Shown: positions 51,001 through 63,602 of the stretch, piece by piece
Layout of the letters: the number at the start of each line of letters is the position of its first letter
Numbering within the stretch: position 1 is the first letter of the stretch
Origin: Mytilus californianus
Lineage: Eukaryota
Assembly: GCF_021869535.1 (NCBI RefSeq)
Contig: NW_026262734.1
Coordinates: forward strand, 27,032,001 to 27,096,000
Direction: 5' to 3'
DNA: 64,000 nucleotides
Translations under genes and position numbers: made by a program
Notes under the pieces: generated by a model
Told to the model about the DNA's origin: nothing
The model's input: the letters and a program-made list of their open reading frames with translations, nothing else
Databases searched by the model: none

Positions 51001-54000
51001 AGAAAAGATAGTAGGACTACCTTCACCACCTGGTGTTTAATATTATGAACATATTTGAATCACCATTCAATACTGTTAATTCAGAAATTTGTGTATGTGT
51101 TTATTATTTGGACTGTTGAAAAATCTACACAAATGTGAGATTGATTAATGCAATTTCAGGAAACGTTGCATACAAACGATGCTATCAAAATTTAAAATGC
51201 ACATTTTTATTTATTTTTTTTACACCTATTCTTTAGCAATTTTGCCATAATAGAAACTTAACAAATATTTCTTAATTACGGTATGTTGAAATTGTCATTC
51301 AATGGTTGTTTTTGTTGATGTGAGAAATTTGTGCTTTAATATTGACGAATTGTATTAAATAATGATTTATTATTTAGGTAGAAGCAGCTGCTAAGCAGGC
51401 TAATGCCCACGAGTTTATACAGACATTTGAGAAGGGCTATGATACCTTGGTAGGAGAGAGAGGTGTCAGGTTGTCAGGGGGACAGAAACAAAGAATTGCC
51501 ATAGCTAGAGCACTTATTATGAATCCTAAACTTCTTCTGTTAGACGAGGTATGGAATAAGTTATTGTTGTTAACTGAGGACAGGGTGCATTAATAGCATT
51601 TTTTGTAACAAATAAATCAATATATAAATAACACATAGCTGAGAGGGTGATATAGCAGTTTATTACCCCGAGAAAACATTGTCAACTGAGGGAAGCCAAG
51701 GTCGACAAGGTCTTTTTAAGGGTAACAATCTGCTTTTATCACCCTCTTAGATATGTGTTATTAAATTTATTATACTGAATGTCCTGTTATTACTGTCTAT
51801 TAAATTTCAAATTCAAAGTAATAAACTGACGTCTTGTACATACCAACCATCTGTATTTAATAAAGCACACACTTGATCAAGCGTCTTTGTAAAGAGTAAT
51901 AGAGTATTTGCCATGGGATAGAGTAAATTATTTCCCTCCTAGTAACCAATCAAAATCTAGCATTTTGACATGAAGTATAATAATAAAAAAAAAAAAATGA
52001 TGAGTACTACTGTTACTTTACCACATAACAAAAAGTTGTTTTTGGCATGTTAGTTTGCATCATAAGGGCCTTACTTATAATTTTGAGATGTTTACACCAA
52101 TCTTTATTGCATCACTTTTAAATCTTTTTTATAGCATGCATGTTTCTGTTTATACCATAGGCTACCAGTGCATTAGATGCTGAAAGTGAACATTTAGTAC
52201 AAGAAGCTATAGACAGAGCTATGAAGAGTAGAACAGTTATTGTTATAGCACATAGATTATCTACAGTCAGGAATGCTTCTAAGGTAAAGGCAGTATAGCA
52301 GTCAATATACAGTTTAAAAAAAAGGTTTTTACCAGATCCATTTTTGTCGAGCCTGGGACTTTTGTCACAAAAGCGAGACATAGCTATCCTACATTCTGTT
52401 GTCCGTGTCGTCGTTTGTGGCGGCGGTGGCGGCGTCCACAAATATTCACCCTATGGTTCAAGTTTTTGAAATTTTAATAACTTTCTTAAACTATCCTGGA
52501 TTTCTACCAAACTTGGACAGAAGCTTGTTTATGATCATAAGATAGTATCCAGAAGGAAATTTTGTAAAATAAAAACCTGTTTATCCGTATTTTACTTTTA
52601 AATGGACTTAGTTTTTCTGCCAGTTAACATTACATTCACTCTTTGGTTAAAGTTTTTAAAATTTTATTAACTTTCTCAAACTATCCTGGATTTCTACCAA
52701 ACTTGGACAGAAGCTTGTTTATGATCATAAGATAGTATCCAGAAGGAAATTTTGTAAAAATCTATTTCCTGTTTTTCCGTATTTTACTTATAAATGGACT
52801 TAGTTTGGCTGCCAGTTAACATTACATTCACTCTTTGGTTAAAGTTTTAAAATTTTAATAACTTTCTTAAACTATCTTGGATTTGTATCAAACTTGGACA
52901 GAAGCTTGTTTATGATCAAAAGCTAGTATCTAGAAGGAAATTTTGTAAAACTTTATTTCCTGTTTTTCCATATATTACTTATAAATGGACTTAGTTTTTC
53001 TTTCAGTTAACATTACATACAGTCTGCAGTTAAAGTTTTTAAAACATTTATTAGATTCATAAACCATCCTGGATTTTTACCAATAAAATTGAGAATGGAA
53101 ATGGGGAATGTGTCAAAGAGACAACAACCCGACTATAGAACAGACAACAGCAGACTTGGACAGAAGCTTCTTACAATCAAAAGATAGTATCTAGAGGAAA
53201 ATTTTTAATAATTTTTTCCCCATTTTTGTTGAGCCTGCGACTAACATCAAAAGTAGGCAAGGCACTGGGTTCAGTGGAACCCTTACAAATTTTTATACTA
53301 TTTTTCTATCCAACATCATTTTCAAGATTTAGAACCAGCTGTGATGTCACTGCAATATTGATTTTAGTTCTTTTAATTTCAATTGTGACTGATTTCTAAA
53401 TCATAGAGGATTGGATGAATTAATGGGTGTTTAATCTTCAGTGAGCAATCTTCTTAGTTTAGTCAGCCAAAAAACACATTTTTAAAATGCAATATAACTA
53501 TGAACTTTGCATTGCATTAGTGCAGATTTTTAATGTGTTAAATTACAAGGGTCCTTATGAAGAAATCATTCCTGACATGTGTATATTATTCTAAATCAAA
53601 ACCGTCCTGGCCTTTTCATTTACTCCTGTCAGCTACATTCAATTCTCTTATTTATCATCCCCTTTTGAAACACACTTATTTCATGCATATTTGACAGGAA
53701 GAAATTTGATATTAGAACTTTTTTTTTATTTCAGGACATGTTAAATTCCCTTTATTAAATATATACTGATAGTTATACATGAGCAAACACATTCAAATAG
53801 TTTTAGTTTCATACAACAATAGTTCACATTATATTTATTTATATACTTTTTAGGTAATAGTAATAGACAAAGGCAGTATTGCAGAGAATGGAACACACGA
53901 TGAACTGATCGCTAAAGGTGGTGTCTATAAGAAGCTTGTATTACGACAGTTAACAGCTGGTTCTAGGTCAGAGCCTATCAATGACACAAATGAAGACAGC

Positions 54001-54006
54001 AGTTGA
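36025..54006 (+). CDS. ABCB-subfamily half transporter (TAP/ABCB9/ABCB10 group) with an extra N-terminal hydrophobic domain; ~805 aa, 16 coding exons
   Basis: Exons 36025-36196, 37003-37508, 38071-38182, 40126-40300, 41293-41353, 42299-42434, 43233-43421, 43840-43968, 44518-44591, 45342-45435, 46794-46855, 47929-48055, 48476-48609, 51378-51548, 52161-52283, 53854-54006. All GT-AG and phase-consistent, 2418 nt. Motifs: FFDENRTGEL-x-NRL-x-SDT, Walker [10 protein letters not shown]-loop SQEP, signature LSGGQKQR, Walker B/D-loop LLLLDEATSALD, H-loop IAHRL. Confidence 0.92.
39070..40080 (+). mobile_element. HINE-like element with internal tandem repeats (aagtttgcctcaaccaaatgttat unit)
   Basis: Begins ttttatgcccc...poly-G...gtccgtccgtacgtcc, followed by five to six diverged copies of a 120-180 bp unit. 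Appears 3'-truncated. Confidence 0.55.
40329..40900. mobile_element. MITE with TIRs and inverted subterminal ~20-bp repeats
   Basis: atatgtaggactc ... gagtcctacatat termini. gaagtgcgatggtc repeats on the left are mirrored by gaccatcgcacttc-like repeats on the right. Confidence 0.7.
45483..45742 (+). mobile_element. 5'-truncated copy of the 3' tail of the Naiad-type element
   Basis: Near-identical to 23760-24040 (ccgcatttttgcgcctgtcccaagtcaggagc ... ccccatttccattctcaatttt). Confidence 0.8.
47339..47506. repeat. Foldback inverted repeat (MITE-like), ~63-bp perfect arms
   Basis: agagataactgtattgtatttgaagctttgcggacgtccatcggtagttttactgtcgcaaat is followed ~42 nt later by its exact reverse complement. 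The loop holds a further gtttacctg/caggtaaac pair. Confidence 0.9.
49366..50988 (+). mobile_element. Helentron/HINE-like non-autonomous element with an internal ~161-bp satellite array
   Basis: 5' ttttatacgaccgca with a short hairpin and (gtc)n microsatellite. About 7.5 tandem units (gtgtatggatc-type motif at 49631, 49793, 49954, 50115, 50276, 50437, 50599). 3' sub-TIR tgcggtcgtat (50951-61), then a GC-rich imperfect hairpin and a T-rich end. Confidence 0.7.
52320..53275 (+). mobile_element. HINE-like element with a ~190-bp internal tandem repeat
   Basis: tttttgtcgagcctg near the 5' end, a (gtc/ggc)n stretch, units at ~52491, 52681, 52872 and 53064, and a related tttttgttgagcctg plus gggttc..gaaccc hairpin at the 3' end. 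Confidence 0.55.
53084..53153 (-). mobile_element. 70-bp extreme 3' fragment of the Naiad-type element, inserted into a satellite unit
   Basis: Reverse complement of the 23970-24040 tail; it splits the repeat word accaa|acttggacag. Confidence 0.8.
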
Positions 54007-57000
54007 TGAAAAATGAACTTATGATTGTTATTTGTTTTTAATTAACATGTTTTTTTTAAGTATTAGTGTGCCAGGAAAGTCTAAATTAGCCAAGAACTTT
54101 AATCATATCATGACTTAAAAAAACATTTAAACATTAAATTATATGTATTTAAATACAGGAAGAAAAATTGGCATGGGTAACACTACATGCCCTGGCCACC
54201 AAAAAGGCATGAAAAAAAAAACACTTCTCTAAATCCTTTAATAATATGAATGGCGTCATAAAGAAGACATGTAGAAGAATGAAATTATCAGTTCAAAGAT
54301 TTTATAGAAAGTTTAAGTTGTTACCTATATATATATATGTCTGTGCTGGATTCAAATTGGGGTGTAGAGATTGGCAAAATAATATTTTTTGGCATGGAGT
54401 TGTCATAAAAAATTTTGCCTCGCTATGCTCGCCACTATTTTCACTTTTTATGTCTCCTTTCCTCAAACTCCGGATTAGCTCCTGTATACAGCCATGTAAT
54501 CCTAAGTGAATTATGAATTGATAGATACATATCACATAATTTCGAAAATGTTGGAAGGGTTATTGTTTAAATATAGATTTTCATTATTTATTTTTAATTT
54601 GATTTAATCCTTAGTTATTGTAAAGTTTTAATCATTAATGTGTTGTCAATTGTTTTAAAATGAAAAAAGCATCCATCACAGGTTATTTTAAAAAATCATG
54701 ACATATTTAATTTATAAACTTTTAAACTGGAATGCATTAGGATTATTTTTATTAATAACTGTGTGTGAAATAGTGTATTATATGTATTTGGTGTGTAAAA
54801 TCATGCACAATATTTCTTGTAAAGGCATATTAAGATACACATTGTACTAGATATATAAAACACATATAAAGTATACACTTATTTTTTTAAAGGTACTAGT
54901 ATCTAAAAGGTCATAATTCTTTCTTTGTGATTTTGTTTATACACTGTTGCAACAAACTCCCTTTTATATGGTCACACCTTGAGCAGAAAAAATGCTTTTG
55001 TCTTTAATCATCTTTAACGTATAGTAGGAGTCGATTCATGTCTGGGTTTGGATTTGAAGAAATTTGTCTCTTATGAACACTTTAGCGTAACAAATAAGAG
55101 GAATAACTTCTTAAGAAGAAAGCCTTATTTAAAGAGGGGTTATTGTAGTAGGGATAATTATTTGAATTTTTACAAGTGCATCATGGGTTTTAAAGGATCA
55201 TTTGCATCCAATGTGAGTTGACAAACTGCTGTCCAGGATGCCCCTTGTTCAACATGTTCAAGGTGTTTTGTGCAACATTTTCATTTTGTTCTGTATAAAA
55301 GATCAAATTAGTTTTTGCTCATCGTTTAAGGAAAGATTCTATTGTATGATCTCTTATGTGCACATATCCTACTTTTATGTTGTGAAGCAATGTTGTTTAC
55401 ATTAGACAATCTAGTTTTTATACACGGGCATTGTTTTTAAATATATTTTCCATATAAGAATCATGCAAAAGGTAATTAATGGGTGGAAAGCCTACACATG
55501 ATTTCTTTTATACATGCATTTTTATGTAGGATATAAAAGTACATGTATGTTGAAATTCATGTATGGGTGTTGCTCATTGTTGAAGACTGTAAGGTGACCT
55601 ATAATTGCTTAAATCCATGTTATTGAACTCTATTTGATAATTGTCTTGTTGGCAATCATACCACATTTTCTTATTTTATGTATATTATTTTTATACAGAC
55701 TCTTTGCCAGGTGAGGTATAATTTCTATAGAATGCATTATAAAACTCATGCTGAGGGAGATAACTCCAATAATATCCTATATAATCTATTGTAAAATGTT
55801 ATCAACTGTTAGTCCTAGTAAGGCAGTAAATGGAAGATATTACTCATTCCATTAATCAGCATCCATCTTGCAACTGATGGACAAAAAATAGACATTTGTA
55901 GCCTTCATGCCATATATCATAAAATTTCCATTTTGCATGATTCTTATATGTACTACTTCTTAAGTAAAACAGCCAGTATCTTAATTCTGTGATAATATCT
56001 ATTGTTTTTAGTTTTGTTGTAAAATATTAAAAATGATACATCACAAAACTTTGTATTACTTTATGCTATTAACAGAGTTGTGTGGAGAGCTTTTTAATTT
56101 CAAAAATATCTTCTTTACAAGCAATTTTTGTCATTTCCAGGGATGCATCATGAGAAGTGATCAACCATAACAATTTAAATTATAATAAATGAATTTCAAA
56201 AACTGTCAAACATAGAAGAATTTTACAATCTTTTGCTCGAGTGTGTATTTCAATTTAAATAGCTTTGGAAAATATGATTAAAAGATAATTCCAAATTATT
56301 TATTAAGTAAATTTGAAGTATTAAAAACATAATATCCAGTGTCAGGTATAACATACATTTCCAGGTTGTTTTCATGTAAATGTCTAGATAACAATGCCAT
56401 TCTTTGTATTGGACTTGCATGCCCAGTCAAAGTGCTAGCTTATAAGAAAATATAATAATATCTTATAAGATAAGATAATAGTCCACCGTACATTTAGATA
56501 TTATTCTGACTCCCAGCTTACAAGTCTGCTCTTTAATTTCTCACCAGAAAGGAAATGGTTTTTGGTGAGGTTTGTGTTGCTCACTCTTTACACTATGTTG
56601 TGTTTTGTATACTGTTGTTTGTCTTATGGTAATTTTTCGTTTTTTGCCCTGGCATTGTCAGTTTGTTTTTGACTTATGAGTTTGATTATCTCCTAGGTAT
56701 CTTTTGCCTTTCTTTCATGAAATTTTTTATTGTTATGTAGTTAATTCATGTCATTGATACCTATGGGATTTTAATCATTTGCTAACATTCAGAAATGGGA
56801 TTTTAATCATTTGCTAACATTCAGAAAAAGAAGACAAGTTTCTTGATACTTTTAATTCCTATAACAATTATAATAAATTTAAAACAACAACATATGGTAA
56901 ATAGAAATATAATAAACTCTATTAAAAATTTGGTTCATTATTAAAGTATATTATTTCATGACAATTAAGTAGCTTCTAAATATATAGTATTATAAAACAA

Positions 57001-57774
57001 CATCAATACAAAATAACACAGGTTGTTTATACATACACACTATAGCTGACTATAGTCAAGGTTTTGCTCATTGTTGAAGGCCATACAGAGACCTGTAGTT
57101 GCTTACATGCACATCACATGGATTTGGTGAATAGTTGTCAATAAAGAATAATTTGTATTAAATATAATAAATATAATACAATGCAATGCAATAAAGCCCA
57201 AATTTAGACTAGACAACAAAACTACTATTATGGAAATGAACGTCTCTTGAAATAGGCATAATGGAAAAGTGGGGACCTAATTGACCATAAGCAGTCTGTT
57301 ATGTTCAATAAAAATCTTAAAACAAAATAACAATAAACATAAAAAATATCACAGCATATTAATTTGGTATAATAAAGCCTCATGAACAGTGAAAAAGTTT
57401 AAAACTCTATCCTGATGTGCCATCTAAGGTTATTGTTGGAGAAATCAAGAAATTTACAAATATTTCAATAATATAAATATAAAAAAATATATTTTAATAG
57501 CTTTAGAATCAGTAGCCCTTTCTAGTCAATCTTGCAGAGTTTTATTTTTGCTTTTTCCAACCCTTTTTTTGTATATTATCTACGAGCTAAGAGAAGATAC
57601 AAGTTTTACACATTCACCATGATTTATATTAATTTTTTTAATAAATTCTACCAGGGCAAAAATTGGTTGGTTTACTGTATATAAATGATATAAATGTATA
57701 TTAACTTTAAATATGATATTCCTGTCTGTGTCACTAAACAAATTAGTTTTCATTAAGTATGTAATCACATTAAG

Positions 57775-58068
57775 GTTGATACAGTGTATCAATTATACAA
57801 CACAAAGATAGTTCATGGAGGGTGTTGATACAGTGTATCAATTATACAACACAAAGATAGTTCATGGAGGGTGTTGATACAGTGTATCAATTATACAACA
57901 CAAAGATGGTTCATGGAGGGTGTTGATACAGTGTATCAATTATACAACACAAATATAGTTCATGGAGGGTGTTAATACAATGTATCAATTATACAACACA
58001 AAGATAGTTCATGGAGGGTGTTGATAGAATGTATCAATTATACAACACAAAGAAAGGTGATGGAGGGT
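57775..58068. repeat. 49-bp minisatellite, 6 copies, each with an internal palindrome
   Basis: Unit gttgatacagtgtatcaattatacaacacaaagatagttcatggagggt starts at 57775, 57824 and onward; TTGATAC-agt-GTATCAA is an inverted repeat. Confidence 0.9.
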
Positions 58069-59131
58069 ATAAATGTTTTGACCCATCTGTTCGTCTGTCT
58101 CACTTTGTTGTCTCCTTGATTACACATTGATATTTGGATGAAAAAAAAAAGTAAATTTTAATAAGGGATTAATCATACCAAAACAAATAAATTGATAATA
58201 TGCTGCTGAGAAAAGTATAAATTGGGCAATCCAACAAAAGTTGCAGAAAGGATAAAATAATTTGTCTGATGATAAAGCTATGTTTGTAACATCTTGTAGT
58301 AAAGCATAATAAAAATAAAATTTCATATTCTCTAATTTGGTACAGAGTTGAGATTTATCTCTCTAAAAAAAAATTAATGACTAAAGCAAAAATTTTATGA
58401 AGGCTACTTCCCCACTTTGGATAATTTAATGGTAAACTCCTTGAAAAAAAAAGAAATAATGAAAAAGTGAGAATAAAACTTTTCCAATCTTGCAAATATT
58501 TTCATACAAAATTAAAAATACACATAACAAAATATCACAGTCATATATAAGTTTGGTACAAAGTAATGTTAAACATCAGCTATTATGTACCAAGGGATGA
58601 AATCTGGTAGCCCTTTGTAGGCATAAAAAGAGTTACCTCTTTATGTCATCGTCTGCGATTAAACTTGAATATTGTGAGGGTATGAATATGACAAAAAAAT
58701 ATAAGAGGTCTATATTGCATAGAAATTAAATTATAAATATAGATATCATTAGAAGCTCTTGTATAATAGATCAAAATAATGGACTATGCTATCATATGAT
58801 GCATGATGGTCTGGATTGGGTTTACAGAATAGAGAATAATGGGCCAAAACAATAACAAAAAATATAAGGAATCGAGAATAATGGGGTGCTAAAATATTTA
58901 GAATAGAGAAAAATGGCATAAAAAAATAAAGAATACAGAAATGAAGGACCCCCTTTCCAGATCCTCATGTACTGCAGGCATGTATTTCCCTGTCCTGGGT
59001 TGCCCCTCCTCTGAGATCGTGTGACAAAAGTGAAAAATGTATATACTATGAAGGTCATAACATGTTTTGTCAAATTACAATACTTAACTTTATAACAATG
59101 AAATATTCTAGCAAACATATCGTATGCATTG

Positions 59132-62100
59132 CTATTCATGTTCCAGTAAGTTTTTTCTAAGTATATCTTGTTCTTCTTCACTGAATCCAATGGAGACTAA
59201 ATAATCTTTTACTGAACCATACCTGGAATTGTTCAACTCAACAGTAATAATATAGAGGAGTATTTAGAAGGAGGTGCCTTATATTCAGTATCATTAAAAT
59301 ATCGACATATAATATTTTAAAATATTCAATATCCCCAAAACAATTTTGAGTACAGCAAATATCCCTTAAGTTTCAAAATGGGATATAGTCATGCTTAGAC
59401 ATTGGGAAAGATTTAAGCGCATAAACATATTATGAACAAAATATTTTGATTCCTTGGGTATAAAATATCCTTGTAAATAACAGCAGACAAAAAATTCTCC
59501 AGGATAAGATTTCTCTGACGTAAAATTGATTGGGGCAATGTAATATTTCTTTGTCAGTCATATGATGACTTTCAATAACACTTATTAAAATTAAGGTCTA
59601 CATTGTCATTGTTGTAATAACATTGTTACATAAGTCAAGAAACTAATGTCATTGTGGTATAAGTTATTTTCATTATTAGATGTATGATTATTCTACTGCA
59701 TCATGGATTTAATGATAACGAAACCAATTTAAAGTTATGAAAACCAGAGATATATATATAATTCTCGGTGAAAACTTACGTTTTATTTAAGTATTTTAAC
59801 AACATTCTCATGTTCTCTGGATTTGCATCACAGAACGATTTATCCCAGTAATATCTTTCAACAACCTCCTTAAATACTCGATCTCTGATTGGTAGAAGTC
59901 CTTCCTAAAGAATCAGAATGCAACATTACAAAGTTAACCATTAAAGTATATCAATCAGATGACATGGTATGGGGACACCGTTTAATGCACGATTGTATAC
60001 GTTTATTTCATTAACAATAATTTCGGACATATAGTTCTTCACTGCACAAATTTCATTGGAGGCAGTTTTCCTGTCATCCTCTTGCACAAAGAGATATGTA
60101 AGATTATTCTGTAAGAAGTCGTTTGCTACATGCCTTATTTAAGGTGTGGTCTTATGAATCTTGGGTACATGTCAAAATGCATATGCTGTGTATTTATATT
60201 ACTTTAACATTTTTCATGCTTGGAAATTCGTAATTGAATACTGAAATTTTGCATACATCGACGCTGGTCTATTATAAATATTACATTATTTGTTTGAAAG
60301 ATTTATTGTACAGTAGTAATATCTGCGTATGGCCAAGATCGGCTGAAATTCATAATTTTTATCGTCCTGAACATGCATCATTGCATGAAATATTTGCCAC
60401 TGGATGTTAAGCAACCAACAATCAATCAAACATAGTTTTCATATCATTCTCGCATGAAATGAATCCAAACCTCCATTCAACGTATGTATCACTTACGAAT
60501 TGCACATTTTCTTTTGCAATGACTAATTTTACGTCTCCCAGTCGAGTCTGCTTGTTAATGAATCAAGAAAGTTAAATTACTAATATATAGTCATATTTAA
60601 GCATGTACCTGTGATAGAGCATAATCTGTTATGATGTTTTCCTCAGTTTCTCCTAACACAGATAAAACTAATGCTGACAAAATACCCGTTCTGTCTTTGC
60701 CATGCGCACAGTTGATCATCGCAGGCATGTTATTTTTATCCGTTAAAAGTTTAAGTCCTGGAACATTTGAAAAACAACACCTTACAATTTCAGTTTGAAT
60801 GACATAAATATGAATAAAAAGATATATAGGGTTGCAAACATAAATGATACTGCAACCAACAACACAATGTAACCATGTGTGTTCGATCCCCGGCTCCGCC
60901 AAAACCCGAGACTTTTAGAGTCAAAATAATGTGTCAGGGTAGGCTGGCATGTCTTTCTGTGGACTGTTATCTTGTGAGCAAGCACTTTAAAATATCTGAC
61001 TAATCGTGTTGGTCTAGTTCAAAGCAGAGTATGTTAATATCTCATTGACATGTTATCGTCCTAAATATGAATGTAACATTTGCTGCTGGAAGTAAAGCAC
61101 CACAAATCAATCCGAAATATTAAGTTAACAAAAGACAACGACCTATGCGGTTCCCGACTGGGGTCAGGCATGTGCCAGTGTTAAACTTTTATTATTTTCC
61201 CACCTCAACCCTACCCTGTAAATCTTGATCAGTGGAATAACAAGTCATGAACTTCTGCCTACAATCATCGGTATTTGTCGTCCATTTGCTGTAACATTTT
61301 GAACTTCTCCCGGACCACTGTGGCAAAGTTATCTGCTTGGTGAGATCTAATATGATAGGTTTGTTCCTTGGCACTATTACGGGGTGTTTAACGACATTTA
61401 TTGGCACAATTTAGATGATCTACTGCTTGATCAATTGCAATCTCGGATGGAGTTTTTACAAAAAGTCGTCACCTTAGTTCTGATACAACAAAGTTAATAT
61501 GAACGTTGCCTCAGCAGGGGCTTAGTTCTCCACTGCAGCAAACTAATACGTTATTTCCTTCCAAGTTGTCTAACATATATCTCGATGTGCCCCGTGGTTG
61601 TCTTAATATATATTTGTATTGTTTTTGCACGCTTCAGTGTGATTGTCGGGCTAAATTATAACAGTAAAAGTTTGATTTCTTTGCCAGATTTATTTTATTG
61701 GCTCCATGGCTTTGTTCTTCAATTCACAGTTTTGGCGTGATCGTCAGTGCTCAAACCGGTACTAGGGGTCGTCTTAAACTTGAAGTGAGGTGAGAGTTTT
61801 TGCGCCATGTTGAAGGCCTCACAGTGACTTTGAGACGAAGAACAGCAATAAAAGCGCTGTTCCTTTGCTTTTTGTGTTTTTTGCTGTACAGGTACTGATT
61901 TTGTGTCCATGATGGATGGATACCCCATATCCTTTCTTTTCTATCAATATCATGAACCAATTAAAATCAATTATGTCAGAAACGTTTCTTGTGGTATACC
62001 TATTATGAGGCTAGAATTAAAGTCAATTGTCAGAAACGTTTCTTATAGTATACCTATTATTAGGCTAGATCCAGCGTCGTTGACTTAGTACCGATTGGAC

Positions 62101-63602
62101 AACAATTTCCAGAATGCTCACTATGCTGTAAAACGGGGTATTTTAATCTGCTGGAGAACCTCTAAACCATCTAAAACAATATTTGGCAGACAAAGAAACG
62201 CCCCTTGTATGAGTCGTGTATGGTACTTACTATTGTGTGGCAACATAGGTGCCGATCAACTTGTACTTTACTGACAGGAATTTGTTTTACATTGAGGCTA
62301 CAGTTTTAGAATTACTGAAATCAAATTCGAAAGAACAATTCCTTTATATCATATGTATACATAAGAGGTCTCTGGTTCGGTGTACAATTCTAAATAAAAG
62401 CAGGACCATGCAAAACAAATTACAAGACTTGCAGTAAGAGTACAGAATGCCGGATGAAGGAAGTGTTTAACGTCCTACACGCGGGAACCTAGCTGCATTA
62501 CTATAACACAGTTATTAGTAATCTCAGACAGGAAGTAGATATGTTACATGGCTAATGGGTTGTGAGAATCTAGAAGTTCTAAAACAACTATGTAATTTAA
62601 TAATCAGTCTCTGGACTGAGAGGGATAATATTATGTTAAAAAAAGTAAATAATGCCGGTTAACTGACCCAGTGAATCATTCATAGGCCAAATTTGAATTT
62701 TAAGGCACTAATGATATCCATAAACAGTAACGTTGAATATATGCCTCAACATTTCTATATGTTAAATATATATACCTATCTGGGGTTTTGCTTTTTCTTT
62801 TGTGTTTATTTTTTCTCTATTCTATATTTCAGTGTCATTATATATATATCATTGAGAATTAATAATAATCATTGTAATAAATTATTTGTAATTATACTGC
62901 TCTCTTAGGGCGTCCTTGATTGACAATAAAAATATTGTATTGTATTGTATTGTATATATATTTGTATTTGTATTCACCAATAGATTGACAACGATATCGA
63001 CATTACTTACCAGCACATAACCCTCCTCTGCTCATTTCAGCAATATCTACATAAGAAGCTGCTATCCCTTCACGATTTATAACTGTTACTGCAAATAAAC
63101 GCACGAAATTTTTAAAGCCCGTTCTAAATATGAAGTCAAATATTGCAATAAAAAGAGATATAAGTTGGATATACCACGGAGCTCTTTTGAATACTGTTGA
63201 TGTGTATTCACTAGTAAAGAAATTTATAAGAAAATGTTTCTGTTCCATAATTTCGGTTGCTGGCACCGTTGTCCTTTTTTTCTTTTTTCCATCAACGGCT
63301 TGGCAAATTACAGGTTCCTTTTGCTTGTAACGGTTGGATTTCGGTAGAACCACTTTGTATAGCTTATAATAGTTGTCGAGGACTTTGGATCCAGACGCTA
63401 TTTCATAATCTTTAGCCGATCTCAAATCAATAATGCATTTAATACCATGTTTCTTGAATTCTTCTAAGTCGAGAGGGTCCATAAGGTCAGGCCTAGATGA
63501 CCGGTAAATTGAGCCATGTCTTCCATTTCCCTGTTTTGATTTACCGTGACACAGAACTCTCCAATTGTGAATACACACCCTATCTGAATTTGCAGACGCC
63601 AT
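59132..63602 (-). CDS. Cys-based protein/lipid phosphatase of the MptpB/IphP (Y_phosphatase3-like) family; ~318 aa, 4 exons
   Basis: Exons 63602-63011, 60757-60609, 59904-59780, 59222-59132 (TAG), phase-consistent. Motifs: HNWR..G.IYRS, GIKCIIDLRS, P-loop INCAHGKDRTGIL, EENIITDYALS, and C-terminal YGSVKDYLVSIGF...LRKNLL. Confidence 0.85.
60870..61112 (+). mobile_element. Degenerate tRNA-headed SINE; a partial tail copy lies at ~60360-60428
   Basis: gttcgatcccgg B-box-like head; tail aaatatttgc..ctgga.gt.aagca.c.acaa.tcaatc shared between the two copies. Confidence 0.45.

Noticed and set aside
54004-54009. ABCB ends in tandem TGA TGA (possible Sec readthrough)
   Set aside because: The stop follows a complete NBD and I see no SECIS-like ATGA/AA/TGA hairpin downstream.
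57775-58068. Palindromic, regularly spaced repeats resembling a CRISPR array
   Set aside because: The units are contiguous near-identical copies with no unique spacers, there are no cas genes, and the context is eukaryotic.
62080-62290. GC-richer stretch with a weakly protein-like minus-strand translation (LDGLEVLQQIKIPRF...)
   Set aside because: It has several stops, no recognisable family motif and no splice sites that fit the phosphatase gene.
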